DNA from: Microbotryum violaceum | Lineage: Eukaryota | Assembly: GCA_001244265.2 (NCBI GenBank) | Contig: CDLV01000011.1 | Location: 434,001 to 498,000, forward strand | Reading direction: 5' to 3' | DNA length: 64,000 nt | Shown: positions 22,201 to 36,198 of the stretch, one piece after another | Layout of the letters: every line of letters begins with the position of its first letter | Numbering within the stretch: position 1 is the first letter of the stretch | Position numbers and translations under genes: made by a program | Notes under the pieces: generated by a model | The model's input: the letters and a program-made list of their open reading frames with translations, nothing else | What the model was told of the DNA's origin: nothing | Database searches by the model: none

Positions 22201-22649
22201 AGATCTACGAGGAGGAAGAGGTGTTTGCGTACGTTCTCTCTTCCCTGACTCTGTGCAAGTGGCAGAGCTAATTTCTTCTCTGTTCCTCCTCTGTCTCAAC
22301 GTCTGTCTCAACGTGTAGTCTGGCAATTCGCTACCACTTCGAGACAACGACCCTGCACGAGCCCCCAACGTGCCTCGAACCACCTACGACCCAGCATCTC
22401 GATTCGATCCCCCCCTTGAGCATGTCCTTCAACCCGCGCGATCGTCGCAACCCTTACCTCCTCACCTGGGCCTTACGTGGTATCATCGAGGATCCCAAAG
22501 TGAGGGATCTGTTCGGGAACGAGTTGCAGGCTTTGAGAGACGCGTTCGAAAGTTGGAGACCGGTTAGTAAGGCGCTCAAGGAGGTGAGGTTGAAGTTGGA
22601 ACCGATCAGAATGTTGCCCAAGGTGAATACGCAGCAGGGAAAGTTATAG
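19233..22649 (+). CDS. YML020W-like protein (long disordered N-terminus + alpha/beta-hydrolase-like domain)
   Basis: VVTIGVHGWFP...GEPTGTSVKFA, ATHSQGT, ARELFEFQ, GSINDQVVPLYSA, NPYLLTWALRG; 802-aa first exon, then short exons. Confidence 0.82.
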
Positions 22650-24080
22650 AGCTGAGGGAGGGGAGGCCATCGTCTGAGGTAAAGTTAGAGTGTATAGGTT
22701 ATTTTCTTGCAATGCATTAAGTGTTTTGTTGTCATGGGTTAATTTTCGTATCTTTGTCCATACAGTTGTAACGCGATGATTGATTGCACAAAAGCATTTG
22801 GGGGGGATTCACTGGCGTAGGCGATTCGGATGGAATACTGCTCATCCGCGGAAGTCAAAAATAGTCAAGGCATCTAGAGCATGAGGACCGCCTCCGGCGC
22901 GGTGTGTTGTGCCTTGGAAATGCTCTGAACCCCAACGCCATCGCACAGGAAGTGTGGCCTATGACAGAATCCGATGGCAAACTACGTGCCTAGCTGGACC
23001 ACTCACCGAATCGAGTCGGGAAGAGATGCAGGTCACCAAGGGGCGTTCTTCAAGCACACCTGTTGTCATCCACATACCCGTAAAGATGCCATATCAAGAA
23101 GCAAATTGTCAGCGATTGTGGCCAACATGAATGCCTAAAGAAGGACCACGCAATGGCAATCGACGAGGTTGGGAACGAATCAGTGCTTGAGAATTCGAAG
23201 CGGTGTACAGCTTTTTCGTCAACGAGATGAGGACCCAAGAAAGGGGTCCCATCCGAGTGTCCGAAAGACTAATCGTAAATTGACATCATATTGAGGTGGA
23301 CGGTGGGCTGGTGGAGGACGGGAGGGAATGGGAGGTAGAGACAGAGTCGAAGAAGAGGGAGATGACTAACCCTAAACCGTGTGGGCTACTCCAGCGGACC
23401 TGTGATCACCGAAAGAGACCCTACAACCCAAGCAAATTATTTTTGGATCAGTACGTTGTTCCCTTGCGTCCCCACAGTAAGAGGGCGAATCCCAAAAAAA
23501 ACAGCCCCATGACTCGTCGCGTCGATTTCGAGTAAGGATCAGTATTTTCAGTGTATACATAGCTCTCATAGGAAGCGGAGGGTAAGAGACGAGTTTGGCA
23601 AAGTGAACCCAACGCTCATAGTGAGACAGGCAGAGCACAGGTCATGCACAAAAGTCTCGATCGTTTAGGAACCCCGTCTCGAACCCGCCTGGTCGAGAAG
23701 AGTAAAAATGCTAACATCTTGTCCTTGGGGGGGGGGGGTGCGGTCGAGTTGATCGTGGGATGCATAGCAGATACGAAGAGAAAAGAGGGCACTCACAGAT
23801 GGGGGAGGCGTGTCATTCCGGTTGGAGCGCGATTGATCGAGACATGGGTGTCGTGTGTGTGTGTGTGGATCGTGACGAGAGAACGGAGAAAGAAGCCTGC
23901 AGTGCGCGCTGCGAAGTGGAAAAGGGGTAGCTCTCCGCGTTACAAACCAGCGATAGCGATTTGCGCACTTGGTGTGGAAATTGGGAAATGCGCAATTGCG
24001 ATCCGCGCCACCCGTTTTGGCCCGGCGCACGACCCAACCACCTCCGCTTGCTATCCCGCTTCCGCTCGACTCCCTGTGGA

Positions 24081-24115
24081 CCCGTCACCCGTCACCCGTC
24101 ACCCGTCACCCGTCA
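24081..24115. repeat. (CCCGTCA)5 heptamer repeat just upstream of the ATP20 start codon
   Basis: Five perfect units read directly from the sequence. Confidence 0.9.
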
Positions 24116-24128
24116 CCCGCCCATCAGC

Positions 24129-25140
24129 ATGTTGTCTCGCACCCTCTTGCGTCGTCCCGCGCCGGTGCGCTCGATGCTGCAGCAACGTTTCGCCTCGTCT
24201 TCTTCGTCGTCGTCGTCGTCGTCGTCGACTTCGGCTGCAACGGAGCAGGCCGCGCAAAAGGCCTCGGACGTCGCCGCAAAGGCAAAATCCGCCGCCGGTC
24301 CCGCCATCGAGAAGGTGCAGCAGGCATCGGCCAAGGCCCAGGCACTCGTCGGTAACGCCCTTGGTGGTCAGTCACTGGCGTTGTCTACCCCGCGATGCGC
24401 GCCGTGGCGGTCTGAGCTGACCGAGAACGACGTGGGTTACCTCGCCTCGCTTGGCCCCTCCCTCGATTGCGATCGCGCCCATTCCTATCCCCGATCCTGA
24501 CCCCTCCGGAACAGCCTACAAGGAGCCCATCTTTTACAACGTGAGCCCGAGCCCAATTAATCCCCGCGGCTTGACGGACAACGCCGAGCTGACCGCTGTA
24601 CGACTCTCGATGCGCCAGGCCGCCGTGGCCAAGGAGATTGTCAAACAGGTCTACGTTAAGGAGAAGCTTGCTCCCCCTTCTCTAGGCCAAGTCACCTATG
24701 TCTGTGAGTGGCAACAAAACCACTCTACTTAGTTTCTGTGGGAATCTCACCTGATTGATAATGCGCCGGCCTGCTCCTCCACCCATCTCTCAGACCAACA
24801 ATTCTTCAACTCGGCCCGCGACGTCAACTACTGGCAACAACTGTACAAGTCCGGCGAGTGGAAGAGATGGGCCATCTACGCCGTCGAGGCCTACGGCATT
24901 TTCAAGATTGGGGAAATGATTGGTCGAAGGTGAGCGATGAGCGACACCGAGTACCAGCGTGTCGGGTACCACGTCAGTCAGCCAATTGACGCATACACTC
25001 TATTCCCTTTCACAGACACGTTGTTGGGTACAAGCTCGACGGTGAGTTGAACTTGTTCAAAGATGCGACATACCAGACCAACTCGCTAACCTGTGTTTTT
25101 GTACCTACCTACAGAGTCGCGCTACTCGGCCTTGACGTAA
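24129..25140 (+). CDS. ATP20: Mitochondrial ATP synthase subunit g
   Basis: Presequence MLSRTLLRR...QRFAS; YKEPIFYN|AAVAKEIVKQVYVKEKLAPPS; AIYAVEAYGIFKIGEMIGR|RHVVGY. Confidence 0.92.
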
Positions 25141-25428
25141 ATGAGTGGGGTTGAATGAATGAGCGATGGGGCCCTTTGGAGGGATGACGTAGATGCTTTG
25201 CTGTGTGTATGAACGTAAAAACAACCCTACCTGGATGGCTGCCTTCTTCATCATTCGCTTCTCATTTTTGGTTCTCTTTGGGTTGTCACTTCTCGGTATA
25301 AAAGTAGACGTGCGCTTTCTGTGTTTTCCGAGAACGAACCTGAACAGCATTCCTTCCGGGTTCAGACGAAAGCGGGCCGCCAACGATCAGGAAGTTGCAA
25401 AAGGATCTTGGGTAGCGAATCTACAATT

Positions 25429-27663
25429 TCAGGTGGATTCTTCTACGATCTCAATCTCCCGATCAGGGGCAGGCGCGGCAAACCCCGAGATCAGAACTGG
25501 ACTCGGTGGACGATCCTGCATCTCCACGTCGCATGAATCAGTCGTCGTCGAAGCAGCTGCACTCGTCGTATTCGCAGCTTCCACCGTCGAAGCAGTGAAG
25601 ACGTCATTCTTCGCCTCTTTGATGTTATCCGTGATCGGTCCGCGACTGAGCACCTCGATCGCCGTGCGAGGCACGATCCTCCCTTCGAACACGACCTTGT
25701 CCTTCCCCGCCTCGCCATCCCTCTCTAAAACCATTTCTTCCAAACCAGAACCATGCAACTCAAACTCGTATTGTCGCATTACGATGGCTTCGGGAAAACG
25801 TTGACCGAAAGCGTAGGACGTGCGTGAACTCGAACGTCGCCCATTGCCTCCCGGTGCTGAAGGGTCGTCTGAGGAAGGTTGGTGCATCTGCAGCATGTAG
25901 GCGTCTCGAAGTGCGGTGGAGGTGAAGAAGGAGTCCTTCAATCTGATACGCTTCGGAAGAGGTCGAGCACGTGGTAGTCTCAAAGGCGAAGACGTCAACA
26001 CCGCTTCCGGGCGCTTCGTCGCTGGCGCGGCAGCAAGATGCGATCTCGGAGTAGTGGTCGAGGTCGAGGTCGAGGCCGACGATGTGCGCGGTGGCGTTCC
26101 AGCTTGTCGGGCTTGAGCTTGAGCTTCTCGCGCTTGAATTAGATCCGACATCGGCCCCTTGATCGGTAACCCCAATCGCTGCCTTTCCAGCGCACGGGCG
26201 TGCTCCGCAGCTCGGTCGCGTTTCTTGTAGACGGTCGTGCCGTCACCGCGATTACCCACCCCGCCGCCGTTCCCGTTCGGTTTGGGCAGAGGTTTGCTTT
26301 CGGTAACGGAAGCTTCATCGTCGGTCGTCAGTTCCAAATGCGTCGATTTGCGAGACCGAGCATGACCGTTACTTTTGGTGTTGGTCATCGAAGAAGTGAG
26401 GTTGCCTACCCCGAACTTGAGCTTGATCGTCGTCGAACCGTCGCCTGAAGCCGAGACCAGCGCCGACGGTTTGGGGCGCGCGGTTGATGACGAGGAAGGT
26501 TTGTCGTGGCTGGTCTCGGCTGTTACAGCAGCTGAAGTTCCTTTGACATGGGTTGTAGAAGATGTAGGGTCTTGTTGGACTAGCACGTTCGATTTGCGAG
26601 GTTGGTTGGGCAGTAGAGCATCGTATCTATGGATTGACAACAATTCCGAATAATTAGACTTAGCGCGTGGACCTGAACTCGAAGGGAAAGGGAGACGTAC
26701 CTCGCCAGTCTGAGTTCGCCTTCTTTGATCTTCCTTCGCCTCTCTTCCTCTCCTTTCCCACCTTGGGCCCCGATGTAGACCCATCCGCGCCCTTTCAGCT
26801 CTTCGAGTTCGAGAATGAGCTTGCTCCGCTCGTGAATGAGGCGATCCCGTTCGACTCGAGCAGATCGTTTTTCCAGCACCTCGGGGAAGCGGTGAAGGCG
26901 TTGGTAGTGTGCGTCCGAGGTATCAGTCTATAATCAGTAGGTATAAGTCAGTTGGGAGATCGGTATGCACAGGACTGGGGACACCGAGATCACGATCTAC
27001 CTCGGGTCCCGTCACATGTCGACTTCTCCCGAGACTGGTATCTCCGGCTCGATCAAGCAACCGATAACTTGGAACGGAATGGGGTAACGGCGTAATAGGG
27101 GGTATAGGACATGGTTCCTCGCCAAAGGACCAACCCAGATCGGTCTTGAGCGGTGGGAAGTGGACGGCGTCACTCGGCATGCTCGAAGTGAGCAAGATCC
27201 GAGTTGCCAGAGGCAGATGAGGTCGGTTCAGCCCTGTTTTGGAGGGCGTAACATAGCTCGCATCAGCTTCCCGAACCCAGTTTAGATACGATGAATAGAC
27301 TAAGATGATATTTGACCTACCTTCTGCTGCACTAGCCTCGCTACCTTGCCTACTCATCGCTCCGGACCGTAGACCCTCGGCACCATAAACCCCATTCGAC
27401 GCGCCGTAACCGCCCAAACTGCTCCTCGTCACGCGCTTCTCCCTCGGGGCCATCAAATGAGGCGATGATAATCGGGTAGCTGGGTTGGATTCGACGTGTA
27501 CATGATCCTGATCGGGGTCCTTGCGCTTGCCCATCGCCTTGTCCGACAAGGGCAAGTTGACGCTCCCATCGCTGAGGCTTGTTTGGGTCATCGTCGAGGC
27601 TTCTGCCTGGAGTGCTGTAGGGTCTGGAGCGGGTGGTACAGCCTTGGCCACCGTCTCATGCAT
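25429..27663 (-). CDS. Sas4-domain (SAS acetyltransferase complex subunit)-like protein
   Basis: HYQRLHRFPEVLEKRSARVERDRLIHERSKL...LKGRGW resembles the SAS4 domain; the rest is low complexity; start uncertain. Confidence 0.6.
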
Positions 27664-29097
27664 CTCTGGGACCGATAAATAGCCACCGGCGGCAGACACA
27701 GCCCAGGGCGAGGAAAGGGTTCAGGTCGAGGTCGGACAGCGGGTCGACTCGCGTTTCCAAAACCGGTTAGTATTTCCCCGACGCCCAAGCAGAGAAGCGC
27801 GCTAATGCGAAATTGGGAGGTGCCCCACTCTCCAAATTTGCTTCAAAGCCGGGCGCCGAAACTTGGGTAGTACTTTGGTGCGATCCTAAGCGAACTTGCA
27901 ATACTCCCTCTAAAGTTCAGTAACTTCGAAGTCATAGTAAGTCGTCCAGAGCTAACCTATTCGGCTATCTGTTATATATAAGCTATGCGATCCCCATCAT
28001 TTGTAACCTGAGACCCCGACTCGAACAAGTTGCGGCGCTACTTCAAATCAACTCGAATCGGAAGACTTTGACTCCAGGCCCTATACCGATGAACATCTGC
28101 TGTTAGATGGAGTCAAACGCGTACACACCTATTGAAGGAACCCATGTTGAGTTCGGACTGAGATTCCTACGGCCTGGTCGCTGGATATTGTTATCGGAAT
28201 TCTCGAGCTCTTAATCGGTTTTAAAGGGGTCGCACAACTCGAACTCTCCTGGTCAAGTTTCGCCTTGTTTCTTTTCCTTCTTGTCTCCTGAGAATCTTCT
28301 CATCTCTGGAGCCTTTTAAAAGGCTTCATACCACTATACCAAAAAGGCCAAGGGTGAAAGAGGTAGAGCATGCTCTACAGCTTTGCACGGCCCTGTCCAA
28401 TTTCAAGCTAAAGGCGATCGGCGGACGACCTTCCACGCTGTCACCGGCCCCTTTCGATCGCGACCGCTACGGCGCTACTCACGGCTGTTGAACCCACGCT
28501 GGCGGCTGCAGTGGCGGCTGGCGGCTAGCGCATACTTTGATTTGATCCTCTATATACTATGTCTAGTTCAAACCGTACATTTGCGACACCTACTAGTATT
28601 CTCAGCTGGTGAAGCTGTGCAGATGCGTCGGACCTGAAAGCTGAATAATTTCTACTACTCGCAGTGATTTTTGAGCTCCAGACACCCTCGTCATAGCTTC
28701 ACTTATTTCGATTGGGGCTCCTTACATACAGAACTATATATGGAGATCCTGAAAAGAAGCGATTCAGATACCCCCCAGAGAGTCCCTTCCGTGTAAAAGA
28801 AAGCACCCCACTGCAGCGAATATAATCGTGGTCTGCGCACGGGCCCTGTGTACGTCGCACTGCCTTGTCCCGACTCGGGCCGCCGTGCACCTCCACACTC
28901 CACTTTCACACTCGACCCGCCGAATCAGCTCCACGACTCTTGCCTCTCATCGGTCTTTCCCGAACAGCATCTTTGACCGCCGGTTGACTTGCCGTAGCCC
29001 CAGCTGGTGAGCCAGGCTCCTCTTCAAAGGCAGTGTCACTACTGCCCACGTCACCCCCACATCGCTGCCGACCGCGAACAACGCACAGCGACAAGGC

Positions 29098-31392
29098 ATG
29101 CCCTTGCACAGTCCCGACGAGAGCACGCCCACTTTTACAAGCTCTCCAACAACCGATGAGCACCTCGACCAGTTCCTGACGATTCCGTCCTCTTCGTCGA
29201 CCGCCATTGGGAGCGCGGCGCCGCTTCGCCCACTCAACTCGTCAGGGGTCCCTGCGTTGGCGACGCTGGGCCGTGGTGCTGGCGGTGGAGATGGTAGCCC
29301 CAGCAACGGGCATCGATTCTATGCGACGCATTCGGACAAACCTTTTGCACGCTCGGCCGCAAATAGAGCTTCTGTGATGACACTTCCTTCGATCGAGTAC
29401 TTGCAACATCAATACGTCAAGCTTGGCATTCGCGACAAGACCGCTGCAAAGGCGACCCCTCCAGAGTCGGTCCAGCAAGACCCGCATGCGTCGATGGAGT
29501 CTCATCCCATTCATATTCCAGGGTCCGAATCAAATCGTCTGCTATCGAGCCCGCGACGTGTCAGCCCCGGGCCTCTCAAGTTGATCGAGCAACACGGCCT
29601 GTCACGCTTAACCGAGGACGATCTCCCCCCGTCACCTGCTCGCCCAGAGCAGGAACACAAAGTGCCGTGGGAGCAGGGACGAAGCGTCAAAGACGAGCGC
29701 GAGTTGAGAGCAGAAGTACAACATCGTGTCAAGACCGTTTGCCAGCAGTACGTATGTATGCGACGCACAGGGCTGCTATGACCTCCGCACTGACCAGGTC
29801 AGGGATGTCCCCCTTTCGGCAGCTGGCACATCTCGATTCCGTCCTCGCTGAACACACTACGTTCAGTTCGATCCGCCATCGGTCTTCCATTCGAAACCTC
29901 AAACGCCGCGATCGACAAACACGGATCTTCTGAGAGCACCAATCTCGTACCTCTTCTCCTCCAATCGACGACATCGGCGATTCGAGCCGTGCAACGCTAC
30001 GTTATTTCGCTTCCTTCAGACTCAATCTCACCTGCGGCCCATTCCCCCGAGTGTCGATCCCCAATCTCGCCTTCCAAGCCTACCCGTCCACTATTGGCTC
30101 GACCACGCATTTCTGTTCTCACGTCAGCTACATCCCCGACTGCAACTACCAATCGATCGAGCGGAATTACGCCGCCCGACCCTCTGTCGTTCTTGCGTCA
30201 CGCTTCTCTCGACCTTTTGGGGGCTCTACATGATCTCGAGATCAAGTATCGAATCCTGCCTTCATCTTCTCCGACTGAGCCAATCGATCAAAACGGAGTC
30301 AAATGTAATGCGACGACTTCTTCAGATAACTCAGCTTCACGCTCGATACCCAGCTCGTCAAGTCTTTCCGATCTGTCCATAATTGACCCCGACGCGGTTT
30401 ACGAGGAGGTCGGGCTAGTACAGCTGAGCAAGGAGACGGAGTTGGTCAAGGTATGGGTTAACTATGTCGAAGAGCTGCTCTCACGACTTAGTAAACCTTC
30501 GGCAGCCTCAAGGCGTGCCTCTGTGAAGCTCGAGTCGGCTCTTCCGACGATGGGTGAAGCTATGGAGGATGAGTCACCGGCGTGGGCGATTGGTGAAGTT
30601 GACGAGGAGAACGTGCTAGGTAAGAGAGCCAACTCTTTCCAAGAGCGACACTTACTCATCCGAAGGCAATCGCCCCCAGACCGTTTCTATGCCATCTTGG
30701 AGACACATCTAGATGCCGAACTCTTGGAACACGTTCACAAGTCGCGCGAACCGACCAATCTGCTGAGCTCGGGATCGGGGGTTGATGCAGTTGATGACCG
30801 AGGAGAATGGCACAGAACACTCCTAGACGCACTGTCGTAAGGAACCTCCAGATTGAGCGTTTGTGAGGAGTGGATATTGAATTTGATCGTCTGTCTACTT
30901 CGATAGAAATGGGTACCTGCTCCTCCTCGCGTTCAACTCGATCGTCCGAGCTTCCGATCAACCGTTTGGGTTTGTGGCTCCTACGTCGATCCATGCGTTC
31001 CCAACGGATAGCCACGCGACGAGGGAGCGACGAGTATCGATAGACGCTTCTGGTGATAGCAAGAGTAGATCTACGGCAAAATTGGGGGACCTGTACAGGA
31101 GGACCGAGAATCTACAGCACTGGGTCGGGTGAGCGTTGCCTCGGTCCGCCGAAGTTCGTCAGATCTGAAAGAAAATATTGACCCGCAGTGTCCTTTCCCC
31201 TGTAGAGCCATCAAATTCCGTTATCTGTTCGATCTCACCAAGTCAGGTTTGGACGCGAAACTAATCGCCAAGAAGGGGGAAGGATGGGAAGCGCAAATGA
31301 AGAGAGGGCTCATGAAGTGGGTCGAGGCGATTCTTTGCGAGATGAGAACAGGGGACGCGAGTCGACGAGGCAGTGAGGAACGCGGGTGGTGA
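29098..31392 (+). CDS. Hypothetical multi-exon protein
   Basis: Long coding-like ORFs 29098-29781, 29989-30840 and up to 31392, joined by GT-AG introns; no family recognised. Confidence 0.65.
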
Positions 31393-31927
31393 ACGGGTTT
31401 GTCGCACAAGCATCTTACTCCACTGTCCATTAATAGGAGATTTGTACCGATCTGACAACCAAAGCAAAATGTTACCTGGTTAAACGGCTTTCGAAGTGGT
31501 AATCGAGAGAAGATTTGCAGCTGCCGTGTGCCGCCGCCGGGCCGCCGGGGCCGATGGGGCTCCTCGGGCCCGGGAAAGTCTGCCACGGACGGGTCTTGGC
31601 AGATTATCCAATATTGCAACTTCTCTATGAACGCTAACGGCCGGTATGTATATTTTTGTGGCCTTGGTTGTGAGACTAAATTATTTGGGAAATATACTAC
31701 GATCATCGACTGTTTACTGAGCAAGATGTTTGAGCCTGTGGCTTTCCGGCGGGAATTGACGTGGGCGGATTCACACCGAGTTGAGCCGTGAGACTGCGTG
31801 AGATGGATGGGGCTTGAGATGGAGCGGGCCCGATTGGACGCGGGCCGATTGGTTCAGTCGACTCTTGGTTCGTGCTTGTCCTTCTCGTCCGTGTTCGCAC
31901 ACGCCCATCCTACCGTTCGACACCATT

Positions 31928-33917
31928 ATGGCGCCCACCACAGCAGCACGTTTCCTCGCCTCTGCTACTCGCCAAGTATGCCGCAGGCCGAGCAGCAGCG
32001 GTAATTCGTCGTTGCTCGGGGCTGCGTCGCCGCGTGGTGCGAGTGCGGCGATTATCAGGTCCCAACTCGACGGAGCGGGTGCCAGTGCCGGATCAACGAT
32101 CACTCGTAGGGGCAATGCGACCGCCGTCGAAGCACCGGGGATCAAGCAATGGTCCAGGGAGGACGTTCAGCAAGTCTACGACACCCCCTTGATGGATCTT
32201 ATCTTCCGTGCGGTCAGTCGTCTCTCCTTCGAGCTGAGCTTCCGCCCTCGAACGAGCAGCCGCGAGCTACTTCTCGACAGATCGGCTCGCGCGCGGCCCC
32301 CACCCCATCAAGCCGAGGCCCAAGCCTTACGATCAGAAGCTGATCCTTCCGTGTCACTGCGTTAATATCTAGGCTTCCGTGCACCGAGTGAACCACCCGT
32401 CGGACCAGGTACAGCTGTGCACGCTGCTCAACATCAAGACCGGCGGCTGCGGCGAGGACTGCTCCTACTGCGCCCAATCGTCCAAATACTCGGACAAGGT
32501 CGGCTTGAAGGCCGAGAAGTTGACCGAGGTTGAACCCGTACTCATGTGAGCCTACTCCAAGGTATTTGATTTTTACTGTTATGCTTGATCCGAGCGCTCA
32601 TCTCACGATGCGCTTGTGCTCTGGCTTCCCCCACTCGTACCCCATTCCACCCCCAACGCTTTTCATCTCGTCAAACTCGCCGATAATCCCTCGACCCTTG
32701 CTCGGAACACCTCCACCCACGCAACCACCCACAGTGAGGCAAGAAAGGCAAAAGCCAATGGATCGACTCGATTCTGTATGGGTGCGGCTTGGCGCGATCT
32801 GTCCGGTCGCAAGCGCGGGTTCGAGAGGATCTTGAAGATGGTGGAGGGTGTCCGGTGAGTCGAATCTCGAACAGGCGTTCGTAGCGCACGCCGGGAAGTA
32901 TCGTCTAACTGAAGGTCGTATATACCTGCTATCGACAGAGCCTTGGACATGGAAGTGTGCACTACCCTCGGAATGCTCAGCCCCGAACAAGCTCAGCAGC
33001 TCAAGAAGGCCGGGCTGACGGCGTACAACCACAACCTCGACACCTCGCGAGAGTACTACCCAAGGTGAGCATCCGCCAGTGTGCCTGGGAGCATGCCACA
33101 GCATCTCATGCGGTAGTGTCTCACAGGTCATCACGACCCGCAAGTACGACGAGCGATTGGAGACACTCGCGGCGGTCCGAGAGGCAGGCATCAGTGTCTG
33201 CAGTGGTGGCATCATCGGCCTCGGTGAAGACGATGGTGACCGAGTTGGATTGATCTGGGAGATGAGCCAGTGAGTGCATCTTCAGAAGACGGGCTGTAGG
33301 CGATGGAGAGGGTGACTGAACAACTTCCCTGCGCCTGCCGTCGAAAGACTTCCTGAGGCTCCCGAGTCGTTCCCAGTCAACGCCCTCGTTGCCATCCCCG
33401 GTACACCGCTCGAGAAGAACGAGCGTGTCACCGTCACCGAGCTCCTCCGAACCATCGCCACCGCTCGCATCGTTCTTCCTACGTGAGTCTTTCACGACGT
33501 ACTCGGGGCTAGCGAGAGCAGTCGCTGATTGGCCCTTTTGCGCGTGTCGGCAGGTCCATCATCCGTTTCGCCGCCGGTCGAATCAGTTACAGCGAGTCTG
33601 AGCAAGCCATGTGCTTCATGGCTGGAGCGAACGCCATCTTCACCGTAAGTCTCAGTTGAGACGACGAAACGTCAAATCTAGGCTGACAAATTCCTCAACA
33701 CACTTGATCATTTCATCAGGGCGAGCGCATGTTGACGACTCCGACATCAGCTTGGGACGAGGATATTTCGATGCTCACGCGCTGGGGTCTCAAGAGGATG
33801 AAGTCGTTCGAGTCGACGACGGTGAGGATGAAGGAGGACGAGGCGGCGCTCAGAGCGACCGAGGAGAGGAAAGCGCTTGCCGAAGCCGAATCGGCTCAAG
33901 CGCAGGCTCAGATTTAG
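31928..33917 (+). CDS. BIO2: Biotin synthase (radical SAM)
   Basis: [24 protein letters not shown] (CxxxCxxC), [37 protein letters not shown]. Confidence 0.97.
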
Positions 33918-34400
33918 ATTTTGTCAGGATGAAAACATATAGATAGATGTGTTTGTTTTCTAAAGGGGATTGTGGTTGAAAGCAGGGCACGCTCTGTGAT
34001 GATTTCTAAATAAATGGGAGCGAAACATTCTTGCGTGCCAGGCAGCAACTTGAGAATCGGGGTAAACACAGCATGGCTGACGAAGGACACTTGGACCGAG
34101 TCAATGAAATGGTCGCCAAAACGGTATGCGAAGCGGTGATGCGGAGCTCCGTCGGACCTTGCTCGGAGATCGGCGCAGTTTGGCGCGACGGCAAACGCCG
34201 TCCGTCGCCCGACGCGCGACAAATGAACGCGAGCCGGAACGTGAAAAAAGGCGTGACTGATCGACCGAGTCGAGTGCGAACCGAACCGAGCCGACCAAAG
34301 CTCCCATCGCTCTCGGGAACTCCTCCTTCGTTCCCTTTCCCGCTCACCCCCAAATTCTTCCCCCGCTCCTCCTCGCCACTGCCCTCTTCCACACTACAAC

Positions 34401-36198
34401 AGTGAGTCATTCCAGGCACGCGAGGTAGTCGTGTATGGCCAGTCGTTGATCAGCTGCCTCGGACGACGCCCTTTGCCAGTGTCGCCCATTTCCATCAACG
34501 GCTCCGACGATGCTCCTCGACGAGCGAGCGTGTCGGTACGACCGATCCAGATCCACACCGGCTCGCCCCCCTTGAACTCTGCTTCCGTCACGTCCCCCCT
34601 CTTTGCGACCTCGCCCCCAAACTCGACCCTGTTTGGATCGCCGCCGGCCGGTTCGGCTCATTCGGGCGGACGTTCGTTGACGGCTTCTCACAGCTTCTCG
34701 GCTCGCGTTGGCAAGGCCTTGGCCCCGTTCCCCATCAACGAGTCGCCAGTCAAGATCCTCCTGCTTGAGAACGTCAACACGGCTGCCGTGGACCTGCTCA
34801 AGGCGCAGGGTTACCACGTCGACGAGATCAAGTCCGCGCTCGGCGAACAGGAACTCATCACCAAGCTTATGGAGGGCGGCTACCAGGCCGTCGGTATCCG
34901 TTCCAAGACCAAGGTCACCGCCAAGGTCATCTCCGAGGTCCCCTCTGTAAGTTTTACAAGGCCAGGACCGTGGTCACTTCCCCGGGGTTCCAGCGCTTTG
35001 CCAAGCTCTTGCCTGCGAAAGGCTTCTGATGACTCATCGCCGGCCACCTTCGCAAACACGCGTGTGTCTCGCTTATGCTCGATGTACCTCCCTACAGTTG
35101 CTTGTCATCGGCTGCTTCTGCATCGGCACAAATCAAGTCGATCTCATCGCCGCTGCCAAGGCGGGTATCGCCGTCTTCAACTCGCCCTTTTCCAACTCGC
35201 GCTCGGTCGCCGAGCTCGTCATTTCCGAGGTTATTGCGCTCTCGCGTCAATTGTGCGATCGCTCGAGGGAGATGAGGGAGGGCATCTGGAACAAGGTCTC
35301 CAAGGGATGCTGGGAGATCCGCGGCAAATGCCTCGGCGTGAGTGTTCAAGCCAGCACTATTTGATTGCGTGCCGGCGTTGACCAAGAACGTGCACGCCTA
35401 CAGATCGTCGGGTACGGTCACATTGGAAGTCAATTGTCGGTCTTGGCTGAGGCGATGGGAATGTCGGTTCTCTACTACGACGTGATGCCCATCATGCCCC
35501 TCGGCTCGGCGAAGCAGGTCGATACGCTCGATGACCTGCTCGGCGCGGTCGACTTCCTCTCGCTGCACGTGCCCGAGCTGCCCGAAACGACAAACCTCAT
35601 CTCGGACGCGCAGCTCAATCTGATGAAGGACGGCGCATACTTGCTCAACAACGCCCGAGGCAAAGTCGTCGACATCCCCGCTCTCGTCCGCGCCCTTCAG
35701 TCCGGCAAGCTCGCGGGTGCTGCGATCGATGTGTTCCCGTCGGAGCCGGCAGCGAACGGTCCCAACTTTGGCGATGCGCTCAACACATGGGCGACCGAGC
35801 TGCGCGCGTGCCCGAACCTCATCCTAACGCCGCACATTGGTGGTTCGACCGAGGAGGCGCAATCGATGATTGGTGCGGAGGTCGGCTCTGCCCTGATCCG
35901 CTACATCAACTACGGCTCGTCGATCGGCGCGGTCAACTTCCCCGAGGTCTCGCTTCGACCCATCTTGTCGGACGGCACCGTTCGCTTGTGCCACGTGCAC
36001 CTGAACCAACCTGGTGTGCTCAAGATTGTCAACTCAATCCTGGGGGAACACAACGTCGAGAAGCAGTTTTCGGATTCTAAGGGCGACACGGCTTACCTCT
36101 TGGCGGATATCTCGCACGTCGGCGAGGCCGAGATCAAGGAGATTTACGAGGCCATCTCGGGTACGAGGAGCAACATTGTCACAAGGATGTTGTTCTAA
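34401..36198 (+). CDS. SER3: D-3-phosphoglycerate dehydrogenase
   Basis: KILLLENV, GIRSKT, IGCFCIGTNQVDL, NSRSVAEL, GYGHIGSQL, LTPHIGGSTEEAQ. Start codon proposed as A|TG across intron 34402-34479. Confidence 0.95.

Noticed and set aside
28005-28045. GTTCGAGTC B-box-like motif on the minus strand
   Set aside because: No cloverleaf or A box could be built; no tRNA or rRNA gene is supportable in this window.
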